Assembly: GCA_964035545.1 (NCBI GenBank)
Contig: OZ037773.1
Location: forward strand, 2,385,751 to 2,449,750
Direction: 5' to 3'
Length of the DNA stretch: 64,000 bases
Source of the DNA: Bugula neritina
Taxonomy: Eukaryota > Animalia > Bryozoa
A program made the position numbers and the translations under genes. The notes beneath the pieces are model-generated. The model ran no database searches. It was not told the DNA's origin and worked only from the letters and a program-made list of their open reading frames with translations. The stretch's first letter is position 1; each line of letters starts with the position of its first letter. Below, piece after piece: positions 39,177-50,793 of the stretch.

Positions 39177-40448
39177 TTGTTTACTTAGTAGGCTATATGC
39201 ATGTTACCAACTGTTGCTAGACATCAAGCTACCTAGCCTGCTGCATAATAATTATAATACTTTTAATATCTAGGCTATTTCTACAATGATACATGGCTAT
39301 GCTAAAACTTCTTTTGTATAAAACTAGCAGAATAATACTACAATAATAACAATGATAATGATAATGCTTTTTCATGTTTATAAATACATGGCACACCTGT
39401 CTAAAGCATACATGTTATAAATTCCTCAATAGAATCACAGAATGAAAATGCTTCATCAAGTAGGAAACAACAACATCAACTTCACACTGAGCTGTATAAA
39501 GAAATGTTTGAAATACAATTTATTAAACTCTGTGTGTATAATTGCTATTTAATTTTAATTACTGAAATATTAGGTTTGAGAGTTGGAGCCAAAATTTAAA
39601 GAAGGCTAATTAAAAAGACAGTATAACCTACATCAAATTGAAATTGCCTAAACATCTCCAAAATTTTATTCCTCAAATTACTCCAAGTTGTTGATTTTGC
39701 TCCCTACAAGTAGTTTATATAATATAAAGATTTTATAGCACAAATACTGAACACATGTATAATTAATGCTTTCATGAACATATGCATTTTGCACCTAGCT
39801 CCTTTGACCTGAACAATTATAGCTTTTTCCAAAAATATTCTTTTTTTGTCAGAAAATAGTTTGTTTATATAGCCTATTTTAATTATTTGCTTAATATGTG
39901 TATATTCACATATTGTAGTATTTGTAGGCTAACAATATTAATTGTCCTTAGGCCATTCTCACACCTGTGATTTCTTGATAAAAAAATATCCAGGCTGTGC
40001 ATCAAGAAGAACCTATCTATACCTTGAATGGTAGGAGTTCAGCTCTTCCTATGTACTTGGTAATTAAGGTAGGTTACCTGCAATTTACACACTGTATATG
40101 AGTAAATGCACAAGTGCCACTATGTGAACTTATTGATAGATTGGTGCCCACAATTATGATTATTTGGAGTGCGTAATGTTTTTTTTTGAAAGAAATATTT
40201 AATAATTCTCATTTTGCCTTACAAAAGTGACCAAACTTTTTAAAAAGTTTAAAGTTCTGGTTAAATAAAAATAAATAAGCTATGCACTAATGATGTTATA
40301 TACAAAGTTAGGTCAAAATCTACATTATATCAATAATTGTTGAAAAGTACAATATTATTTTGAAGTTTAAAGTAATTTCTTGGAATTCAACTCAAAGTTG
40401 CCTATACCAATTTCCCCAACAGTTTGACGTGGCTATATTGTATAAGAT

Positions 40449-40592
40449 ATGCAAATTAGATTGTTCTCCGAGTTTCATTGGTCTATGACAAATAATTGTT
40501 TTCAATGTAAACATTAGGGCACACTAAGGCGTCAGTTTACATAACCGCCATCTGATTGGATAATTTCTAACTACTGTTGATACATATAAATA
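40449..40592 (+). promoter_or_regulatory. H2B promoter
   Basis: Octamer ATGCAAAT 40449-56, ATTGG at 40477 and 40555, TATAAATA at 40585. Confidence 0.85.
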
Positions 40593-40692
40593 CAGAGTGC
40601 CCTAAGATCTGAACATCATTTAGCATCAAACTACTGTTGCAGCCACTACATCGAGAACAAGCATTCAACATTAATATCACTAACTGAACAGC

Positions 40693-41067
40693 ATGCCTCT
40701 TAAAGTTAGCTCCAAAGGTGCCAAGAAAGCAGCAAAGGCTAAAGGAGCTCCAATGTCTGGAGACAAGAGAGAACAAAGAAAAGGCAAAGGAAGTCCCAGC
40801 ACATACATTACTTACAATGTGTTGAAGCAAGTCCACCAAGACACTGGTGTATCTAGCAGCGCCATGAGGATCATGGAGAGCTTTGTCAATGATATGTTCC
40901 ATATAGTAGTGAATGAAGCAGCTAGATTGGCAGACTACAACAGGAAGTCCACCATAACAAGCCGAGAGGTAGAGACTGTCCTGAAGCTGATTCTGCCAGG
41001 AGAGTTGGCTAAGCATGCCGAGACTGAAGGCACAAAGGCTGTGACTAAATACGCCAGCTCCAAGTAA
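40693..41067 (+). CDS. H2B: Divergent replication-dependent-type histone H2B
   Basis: [50 protein letters not shown]; intronless; 3' stem-loop. Confidence 0.95.
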   Translation: MPLKVSSKGAKKAAKAKGAPMSGDKREQRKGKGSPSTYITYNVLKQVHQDTGVSSSAMRIMESFVNDMFHIVVNEAARLADYNRKSTITSREVETVLKLILPGELAKHAETEGTKAVTKYASSK

Positions 41068-41094
41068 TCTCCAAGCTCCATCACTAACCCCAAC

Positions 41095-41110
41095 GGCCCT
41101 TTTCAGGGCC
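41095..41110 (+). terminator. Histone 3' stem-loop
   Basis: GGCCCTTTTCAGGGCC-ACTA, with purine-rich gaagag about 11 nt downstream (candidate HDE). Confidence 0.95.
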
Positions 41111-41226
41111 ACTAATGTTTACTTGAAGAGTTGTTCAAACTTATGAATAATAAATTATTGATAAACCTTCTAGATATATATTGGGCTATATAAAGTTTGC
41201 AATGCACTCACTTATCAACATGTTCT

Positions 41227-42178
41227 ATTTAAAATCTAAAATATGTAAAAAAGTTTATACATAAACAACTGAATAAAAAGTATAATCTTCTATCACCCTT
41301 AACCTGCATTCCAGGAATTCTCTATCCCAGACTTCACAAATCAAAATAGTTATGTTGAAGCAGACTCCTGGTGCAATTGGTTCAGGTGCTGTTGTGTATA
41401 ATAAACACGAATGGGTGGGTGGCCCAAATCAAATCTCGCATCACTTATAACATTGAAGAGAAGTCAGATATTATCACAATATTCTAATAGTGTAACTCTC
41501 TCTATTGTTTAATAGCAGGTTCTATTCAATTATGATATATTGAGCTCTCTCTACAGTAGTAGTAACATGTGAAGACTTTGAGTATACAAGTAAGCAAATA
41601 TTCTTGTTTACTTATTTCTGCATTGTTTAATAGGGTAGTTCTTATTATTCTAAAATATTTTTTATCTGAAGGCTGTAAAGTTGCATTTTGTTATTGTGTG
41701 TAACTGGCAGAGTACATATATTTTGACATCAAACAACAATAAAACGTATTAAATGCTAATATAACTATTTAAAAGATGAAAAGTTTCATGTTCCTGTGTT
41801 TGAAGCAGTATTTCCTTTATCTATTACAAATGAGCTATCAGCTAATAAAACCAAGTTAAACTTCAATTTATATTAGAGCAATGTCAACCAAATTGATAAA
41901 AAGCATTAAGATTGAGTAAAAAGGAAACTTCCTAAACTGGGGAAGATAACTCTGAGTTTGCAGTTTTCAAAGCTGCGGGGAGGGGGGGGACCTTCTGTTG
42001 GTCAGAATAGATTAGAAAGTGGTGTGACTCATAAGGATACTATAGAATGTCTGCATACTAAAAGTTGACATTCTAGATGCTACAACAAAAAATCGTGGCT
42101 GTACTGAGAGAATTACAGATACATCAAGGAAAGCAATATGATTTTGTGCCATAGGCTCCACCCACCTGTCAGTTTTTA
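41227..42178 (-). repeat. Right arm of inverted repeat flanking H2B
   Basis: Reverse complement of 38205-39176. Confidence 0.9.
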
Positions 42179-42300
42179 GTCACAAGTTTTTGAGAGATAG
42201 TTTTATAGGTTTACAATACTTCTAAAAATATTCTAAAAGTATTACATTACACAAACAATACTCACAGTATATGATGTAGCATATGCTCTCAGTCTATCAT

Positions 42301-43078
42301 CACGGGCTTTCCATGGATCCATCTCAGCTAGATCGATCTGAAAAATGTGCTCAGATCAATCAATTTTTCATGACGATGTAAAATCGATCTTGCGTAGTTG
42401 CCTCCTCTTGAGTTAATACATTTTTCGAAGATAATTTGACCACCCACCTGAGTGATTGAAGCTACTGCGGTTGAAAAAAAGGTTGTGGTAGTCTAGGAAT
42501 TAACGCCAGCCAAAATAAACTATATGCAGCCAAGCTTTTTCAGTAAAGTAATTTGACCAATTTATAATAATTAATTTTAATCTTTTGGCCTGACAGCTTG
42601 TATAATAACATTAATAGCTGTCTTGCAGACTATTTATAAACTTACAGGATTGTTAGGTTTGAAATTACACGGCAAATAACTCTAATGAAAGTAAGATTTA
42701 CTAGCCACTTGAATTTAATTTAAATGCTTCCAATTTTTGTATACTTTCTATCGTCTATACTTTAATATAGTTTAGTTTTTTTAGCCATTGTACTGAAAAT
42801 TAAAGTTTTGGCATCTGAAAAAGTGGCTTTCGTAACGACCAAGTACTTTGCTTAGCAATTAACAATAAGTTATCATTTTTATTAGAGAACGAAATTTTAG
42901 CAAACAGTCTTTTTCTACTTCTCATATTGATCTATCTTCCTTCTTTCCATGGTCTTATTGCGTTGAGATTGATCTGAGTTCAAGCTCCACAGACCGACCA
43001 GCTCAGATCTATGGAAATTGATCTTCTCCGTCTTTCCATGGATTGATCTCACTGAGATCGATCCATGGAAAGCCGGTG
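42301..43078 (+). mobile_element. Non-autonomous DNA transposon (MITE) with CAC...GTG TIRs
   Basis: CACGGGCTTTCCATGGATC ... GATCCATGGAAAGCCGGTG; GATC-rich subterminal repeats; inserted in a minisatellite unit. Confidence 0.85.
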
Positions 43079-43290
43079 TATGTAGCATAATTATGCTCTC
43101 AGTTTATTAGGTAGCATGAACTCTTAGTCTATGATGTAGCATATACTCTCAGTCTATGATGTAGCATATACTCTCAGTCTATATTGTAGCATGCTCTCAG
43201 TCTATGCTGTAGCATACTTTCTGTCTATATGATATAGTTTGCTATCAGTCTATGATGTAGTGTATGTTCTCAGTCTGTATACTCTCAGTA
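43079..43290. repeat. 25-bp minisatellite atgatgtagcatatactctcagtct (also 44140-44320)
   Basis: Directly visible. Confidence 0.85.
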
Positions 43291-43299
43291 TACTGCAAT

Positions 43300-43880
43300 C
43301 ATACATACATACATACATACATACATACATACACACATACATACACACATACATACACACATACATACACACACACATACATACACACATACATACACAC
43401 ATACATACACACACATACACACACATACACACATACACACATACACACATACACACATACACACATACACACATACACACATACACACATACACACATAC
43501 ACACATACACACATACACACATACACACATACACACATACACACATACACACATACACACATACACACATACACACATACACACATACACACATACACAC
43601 ATACACACATACACACATACACACATACACACATACACACATACACACATACACACATACACACATACACACATACACACATACACACATACACACATAC
43701 ACACATACACACATACACACATACACACATACACACATACACACATACACACATACACACATACACACATACACACATACACACATACACACATACACAC
43801 ATACACACATACACACATACACAAATACACACATACACACATACACACATACACACATACACACATACACACATACACAC
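43300..43880. repeat. (ACAT)n/(ACACACAT)n microsatellite
   Basis: Directly visible. Confidence 0.97.
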
Positions 43881-43968
43881 AACCATACTCAATTCTCACT
43901 TAGATCTACCAGGTGAAACATCGTGTATCTACTGTATCCACAAGTGAGTTAGTAACTCTGTGTTGCAG

Positions 43969-46124
43969 CTGAGATATGCCTTAGAAGACACGCTGTATGA
44001 GGCCGGAGTGAACATGTATATTTCTGCCCCTGAGCACTCCTATGAGCGGGCCTGGCCTATCTATGACAGAAAGGTATTCCATGTCTGTTGTGTTTATATG
44101 TTAGGAAAGGGAGTTTTCCCCTCATGTAGATATGTACGTAGTCTATGATGTAGCATGTGCTCTCAGTCTATGATGTAGCATATACGCTCAGTCTATAATG
44201 TAGCACATACTCTCAGTCTATGATGTAGCATATACTCTCAGTCTATGATGTAGCATATACTCTCAGTCTATGGTGTAGCATATACTCTCAGTCTATGGTG
44301 TAGCATATACTCTCAGTACTACAATCAGTATGTTTCAAGTCAGCTTCTAAATTTGAGTTTGAAAGTTCTTTGTCTCTCGGCTGCCGATTGCTGTCCAACA
44401 GACATAATAGACACAATATCGGATATATGAGGTGCATCCAGAATTGCAACTTTCAATATTATGTCAATTTGTCCCCTCTCTAAAAAAGCAACATGTTTTA
44501 TATCGTGTAAAATCCTCATCTTAAGCTATTTATTTATAGAAATAGATTGTATAAATTTGTACTCACATTGTAGATATGTAATGGGAGTTATGACCACCCG
44601 TATACGGACCCCAGTGCACCTGTTCATATTATAATTGGATCAGCTGTAAGTCAACCACTTGCTAGCACTTGACCTCTCTGTGTATCACTTTCCGGTACAT
44701 TTATGACTTTCCATATCTACAATGCAGTGTATTGTTTGTTGCTAAGGGCATGCAAAGCGGCCATGATGCATTTGAACCAGAAGTGCGATTTTGGAGTGCG
44801 TACCGCACACAGAACTATGGGTACAGTCGTCTGCATATAACCAACGCTACACATATGCTTGTGGAATGGGTAAGTGTTGTGATTATACATGTTCAGGGGA
44901 GAGTAACTCTTAGGCTATTCTCTCTTTCAATGCAAATTTGTAAACAATAAGTGAAGTATAATTACTTCTCTAATGATTATAAGTTATAGATTGGCCCATT
45001 CTAGTGGAAAGCTCCATTTTGGTTTTTTAAACAGGGATTCTGTTTTTTTATGAGTTTAGTTTTATGAGAGACTAAAACTAAAATAATTTTTCTTTTTTCC
45101 CCCAAGTTAGAGTATTATAATGTTAAATCATTTAACTGTAGTTCATTTAGAATGAATTCTGTATGTATTATTGCAACATATAATCACATATGAAAAATTG
45201 TAGTTTGACTCTCGTGTTAGGGCTCAAAGGTGCATCTTTCATATGCCATCAGTTTGTGTCAATACTCATTTTTCATTGAACCATTTTGCATTTAATACTG
45301 TATTACATTGCATGATTATATAATAAGTTTTTGTCTTCATTAAAAACTAAATTAACTGGTCACCTGGTATCCCAGCTGTGATGCTCATTTTAGTCAAGCC
45401 CCTACCTCCTTCCCCTCCTCCCCTAACAATTAAATTAGGTATTTTGAAAATTTTTTACTTCATTTTTTGCTCTTTAGACAATTTTGGTTATTAAAGTCAC
45501 TGCGACCTAATTTTTTAGTATATATTTAACATAATGAAACTGTTTGAACCAAAAATCATAAATATAAAGATAGAAACCACAAAAGCCATTAAAGCACTCC
45601 CAAGAGTTATCTTTCCTCTGTTTTCACGATGATTTGATTGTCTAGTTAACTATAGCTGTCTAAAAAGCTAAACAAAGGTCAACAAATTTTTGTGCTTCCC
45701 ACATTGCAGTCATACTCAGAAGGTAGGACTGTAACTAAACTTAACATCTTGTACATGTATGTATATGTTGCTAATTATAAACTTTACTAGAACCTTCTCA
45801 ACAATTTCTCACCATTTCTAAGCTGATACTATTTAGATGAGAAGCAGGTATTGGATGTTATAGCCGCAGGACTATATATAACAAGTCCCAGACATGCAGA
45901 ATATTATTTCCAGTTACAATATGAACAGTTTACACATAAACTTGTATGACTGGGTGATGACAACAACTCTCTTTAACATGAACAGATCATTCTAGTGTAG
46001 GCTGTCCTCCTTTCAGGTTGATGATGAACAGGATGGTAAAGTAACAGACTCAATCTGGGTTATAAAGAATAAACACGGAGCTGGCACTTATGATTGTCAC
46101 CTCAAAGAGGAGAAACGCTGGTAA
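43969..46124 (+). pseudogene. ACP7: 3' four exons of an ACP7-like paralogue, no 5' exons found
   Basis: Exons 43969-44073, 44574-44645, 44747-44869, 46017-46124, same sizes as the last four exons upstream; GHEH reads APEH. Confidence 0.85.
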
Positions 46125-47184
46125 TCTTCCCCAACCACTGCTGTTTCATATTGAACTAAGATGGTGCTTGTAATATATTGAAGAAACTTTTAACCTAATA
46201 TTGTCATTATGAAACTGGGCTCAATCATCTAGTCTATTAGTAATAGTCAAAAGTCAAACTGCAATAAATTAGTGTCCATACAGTTATAATTCTCAAGTGT
46301 CAACTATAATATAGTGCGCGTATATAGTATGTGTGTAGAATATAATATATAATAATATATATTATAATAAAGTTGCATACTTTATATTACTATTTTATTT
46401 CACTAATGAACATCTAGTATCTTGTTTTATGTGCTTATCAAAACTTAAAATTGTACAAGTCTTCATAAGACGTAACCCATATGTACTCGTGCTGCTTCCC
46501 AATTATATATTTTTACTGATGCACGCTACATAAAATGAATTATCTGTTGATATTTTATGCAAGAAGTGGCTTCTTTATTTTATATACATATATCTCATTT
46601 GTGTTTATAATATGTATGATTTTGATATGGGTTTCTAAATAATAAATTTGTTGTTTATATCATGTACAACTTGCGCTGTACTATAGTATAATTATTATAT
46701 TCTATATTTCTATAATATTATGTCGTACTATTTTATACAGTGTTGTATGATATTACTGAGCTATGCTATACTATAATACATAATATTACTGTGTCATAAT
46801 ATGATAGTCACTCTGCTATATACTGTATTATATGATATTACTGCACTGATCAGAGCATACTATATTGGTGCTACATACTATATACTATCAGTACTGTTAG
46901 TATAGTAGTTAGTAGCTTGTCATAATATAGATCTAATTTCCTGCTGGATGGTCAGTAGCATTTGCTCTGTAATTAATATGCACTTGAAATCTGCCAGCAT
47001 TTCCATACCCAGTCTGTTTTGTTGCTTGACCTTGACACTTGTAACAGAATCAATATTGAAAATTTCTGTAAGATGTAAAATTTTAATTAAACGAGTTAGG
47101 TACATAAATTTAAAGTATTTCATCAGTAAAAGCAGTCAGCTTGTTGGTGTTCTGGAGTGAGGCTGTATGTGAGAAACTAGTCTG

Positions 47185-48120
47185 ATGGAGAATAGCAGCG
47201 TTCTGTGTGGTGACATCACTGATTTTTGTGTAGATTCTACTAGATCCGCAGTGTTTTTATCTTTTAACATTTTCAGTGTTATATTCAACATCATCAACTT
47301 GGTTTTCCTGAAGAAGTTAGACAAATCCAAAAGAAACGCATCATTTTGGATAATAGTGAACATCGGTATCTGTGACGTCGTGACTTGCTCTTCCTTTTTT
47401 CTGGCAGTCAGCTGTGAATTGAACAGACAAATCATAACTTTACCAGCAGTTGGTGCCCGAACCTTTCAAGTTATAGTGATTACATTTGGCTTTGTCTCAA
47501 TTGTTGCTAGAAATTTTGTATTGGCGACTGGCAGCTATGAGCGATACGTCTCCATCTGTCAGCCTTATCAAGTGAGCTATAACAAAGTAGTTAGCAATAT
47601 GAAACTCTTCTTGGCCATTGTTTGGATATTTACCTTTGCTCTTATGACTATCACTATTGCCACTGATACCACTAAGTATTGCTTTGGTGAGTTTGGAGCT
47701 ATCCCAAATGACTCCAATCCACAGACTAGTGTTGCGTTTGTTGGATCCATTACAACAGCTTTTGTCATCTCTGTCATCTGCTTATCTAAGGCTTGGAGAG
47801 AGTTGAAGAGAATGCAGTCCAGAAGTACAGTTCCAGGACAAGATGATCTGATAGTGAAGAGATCTGCCCAGTATATTATAATAATCTTCATCACTCTTTA
47901 CTTGTCCTACATTCCAACAGCCATATCCTTAGTTTGTAATAACCTTAATGATATTTTAAAGGGCTTAGGATATTTGGCCAGATGGATTTCTTTCTATTAC
48001 ATTACAATTTTTAGCATTCTTAATGTTGTAATATATTTCATCATGACTCCAGGCTACCGTATTCATGTGATGAATTTACTCATGTTGAAGACTCCAACAG
48101 TCGGTCAAATTGAATCTTAG
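47185..48120 (+). CDS. Intronless class A GPCR, duplicate of 599-1534
   Basis: 311 aa, about 9 substitutions relative to copy 1. Confidence 0.88.
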   Translation: MENSSVLCGDITDFCVDSTRSAVFLSFNIFSVIFNIINLVFLKKLDKSKRNASFWIIVNIGICDVVTCSSFFLAVSCELNRQIITLPAVGARTFQVIVITFGFVSIVARNFVLATGSYERYVSICQPYQVSYNKVVSNMKLFLAIVWIFTFALMTITIATDTTKYCFGEFGAIPNDSNPQTSVAFVGSITTAFVISVICLSKAWRELKRMQSRSTVPGQDDLIVKRSAQYIIIIFITLYLSYIPTAISLVCNNLNDILKGLGYLARWISFYYITIFSILNVVIYFIMTPGYRIHVMNLLMLKTPTVGQIES

Positions 48121-49638
48121 ATCATTACTAAAATACAAGTTGTTGTAGTAGTTTTGTTAAACAATGTTCATGTTTGCTATATATTGTAACCATAATTGTT
48201 TGATGTTGCTATGACAACATGATAAATAATATATTTTGTTATGATATTTAAAAAACTCGCCATGAAAAAATATGTTGTGTAGAGTAATGCTTTGAATAAA
48301 TGTTAAATGTATTCTGTATTCCTATTAAATTGTGAAAAAAATTTACAAAGTGTAGGAGTTAGCGGAACAGGAAGTTAGTGGTCTGAGTCCCCACACCTGT
48401 TATGTTCGAAAGAGTATCCACTCATAATTTCTCCTGCATGTGCAGCATGTAAAAAGTTTCTTAGCAGGCTTTAAATTAAAACCTTTTCATTAGATGTTCT
48501 CACGATAAACACTATAAACTTATATAATTATGAGCTTTTCGAGGCTTCGAATACACTTGCATATATATGTTAATATAATATGGAAGCAATCAGTATATTA
48601 TCAGCTCTGTGTAATGCCTATATAACTTTCCAACCAGAATGCACTGTTTTCAAAACAAAAAATGAATATGCAATTGATAACTCTATACTCTATACCAATA
48701 ATCTCCGTGTGTGTGTGCGTGTGTGCGTGTGTAGCCCCTCTACGCCTCATAAAGAGGATAACTCGTAAAAGGTTGATAATATGTTCTTTACGCTACCAGT
48801 CTATGCAACGCAGACACTCTTGAAATATCCAACAGCTACTAAAATTTAGGTTGCAGGCAAATTGGCGATCAACAATATTCGAGGGGGGGGGGAATAAAGC
48901 TATTTGAATAGCAAGTCTCATGAGTATTTTGTAAGTCTCAAATAATTATTTATGTTTCATCTTTATATATACTGGAACTTATTTATTTAACATGATAGCT
49001 CATTTTTTCACTTTATTGTTTTATTTAATAAAAGCCAAGTTTATTTTGTAACAAACATATTATATAACAGCTTCCAAGTGTGTTCAAGTCATTATGATCA
49101 CTTTCTTTTCACCTAGACCATGTAGTTAAGCAAATGGTTAGTTTGAAACACCATGCTGGGTGAGTATGGAGATAACAGAGCTTACTGTCTACATAAACAT
49201 GTATAAATATATATTTACTATAGACCTAATCTAGTCAAGAAATGGCAAAAGAGCAACAGCTAGCAATAAATACAGTTGTTACTCACTAGCTTGGTATATT
49301 TTGGTGGCTCGTGGAGCTACCAGCAACACAATACGCAAGGTTGCGTATTGACCCGGAACAATGTATTAGCCAATTAGCTAGGCTGTTTTATGAGTAATAG
49401 TAGCAGCTTCGCGCTACTAGCTCAGTTGAGGATAGTGCTGTAAATTAAATAGACGTGGGTATCATTACTGTTGTACATTAGATTTTATTATGTATTCTTG
49501 TATTAAAATATAACGATATCTACTCGACTTAACTCGGTGAAGTTTCTCTAGTGATAAATAGACTCTCTTGGTGGCACATCGACCCTAAATCTGAAAATCT
49601 TAACAGTGGTGGCAGCGGTGGGATAGTGTACATCAAAG

Positions 49639-50505
49639 ATGGAGACTGAAAATGCTAGAATGCAACCACCCCCAGTAGAAGGTGAGCGTAGAAATGCTGT
49701 TAATCCTGTGAATCGTGAGGGAGAAGAAGCTTACAGACATTGCTTGAAAGCTCCCACCTTTACTGGGTCGGAAGATGTCGAACAATTTATACAAGAATTT
49801 AGAGAGGTAATGGAGGTTGCTCAATGGCCGCATAGAGTGGCCCTTATCCAATTGCGGAGAGCGGTGACAGAACAAGCCAAGCCGTACGGAGTGGGAACGG
49901 ACATAAACGGGATACTGGCTGCGCTGCGGGCCCGTTTTGGCATCTCCGCAATAGACGCTAGGACCAAGCTAGGGAGATTGTGCCGCACCCCGCAGACCTC
50001 GCTGCAAGAACATGCCGCGACGGTGAAGAAGCTGGCGCAGATTGCATATAGCGATCTGCCAGCACAGCACCAAGAGCGTTACACCTATGACGCCTTTGTC
50101 CAGTGACTAAACGACCTGGGCCTACACCATCAACTACGAGCTAAGGGGATAACCAGAATAGAGGATGCCCTGAAGGCTGGAGAAGCTTACCTGTTGGCTA
50201 CCCAAATGCATCGAGCACAACGGAACCCACCAGTAGTTGGAGTCAGCGCTGCCAGGGCTACGACAGGTCCCGAAGCCTTCCCGCTGGAAGCCGAAGTGGA
50301 CCGTATGGTAGAGATGCTGGGACAACTGGTAACCATTCTGGCCGGTGCTGGCTCCGGTCAGGCCCTGCGGGTGCCCCCAACGCCTGTGGGGCAGGGCTGG
50401 AGTAGCGCTGATCAGGACCAGGGACAGAAAGGACGACCCCAATACCAGGGGGCGTTAAACTGTCACGGCCCGCGGACACTCTCCCTCCCCGCGGGCCGCA
50501 ACTGA
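49639..50505 (+). pseudogene. gag: Gypsy gag with in-frame TGA at 50104
   Basis: KAPTFTGSEDVEQFI.EF; frame continues after the stop to LNC. Confidence 0.8.
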
Positions 50506-50793
50506 AGGAGTATGGTGGGACACGCCGCCGTCTGTCCGTACGGACACGACGGAACACTCCACCCGAGTGGCAGGTACCACGCAGGACTAGTAGGCCCGCA
50601 CAACGGCCGAGTACCTTCTCCCTGCCACTCGCTAACCGGTTCCACCGGTTACCTCGGGAAGAGGAGCCCGCCACTGAAATGGAGCCAGAAGGCCCAGTGG
50701 AGAGCCCCAAACCCCGCCGGCACCAACCTCGCCGCCGGAAGCCCCGTAAACCACGGGTGAAACCCCCGCCGTCCTGTCAATCCAGGACAGAAC

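Noticed and set aside
40567-41112. 181-aa antisense ORF over H2B
   Set aside because: Shadow ORF of the histone gene; no recognisable motifs.
43239-43947. HT/CV-rich ORFs of ~200 aa
   Set aside because: Microsatellite translations.
43079-44320. CRISPR-like array of 25-bp repeats
   Set aside because: Head-to-tail with no unique spacers; eukaryotic intronic minisatellite.
50104-50109. TGA-CTA programmed read-through in gag
   Set aside because: Mid-gag position; a nonsense mutation in a defective element is simpler.
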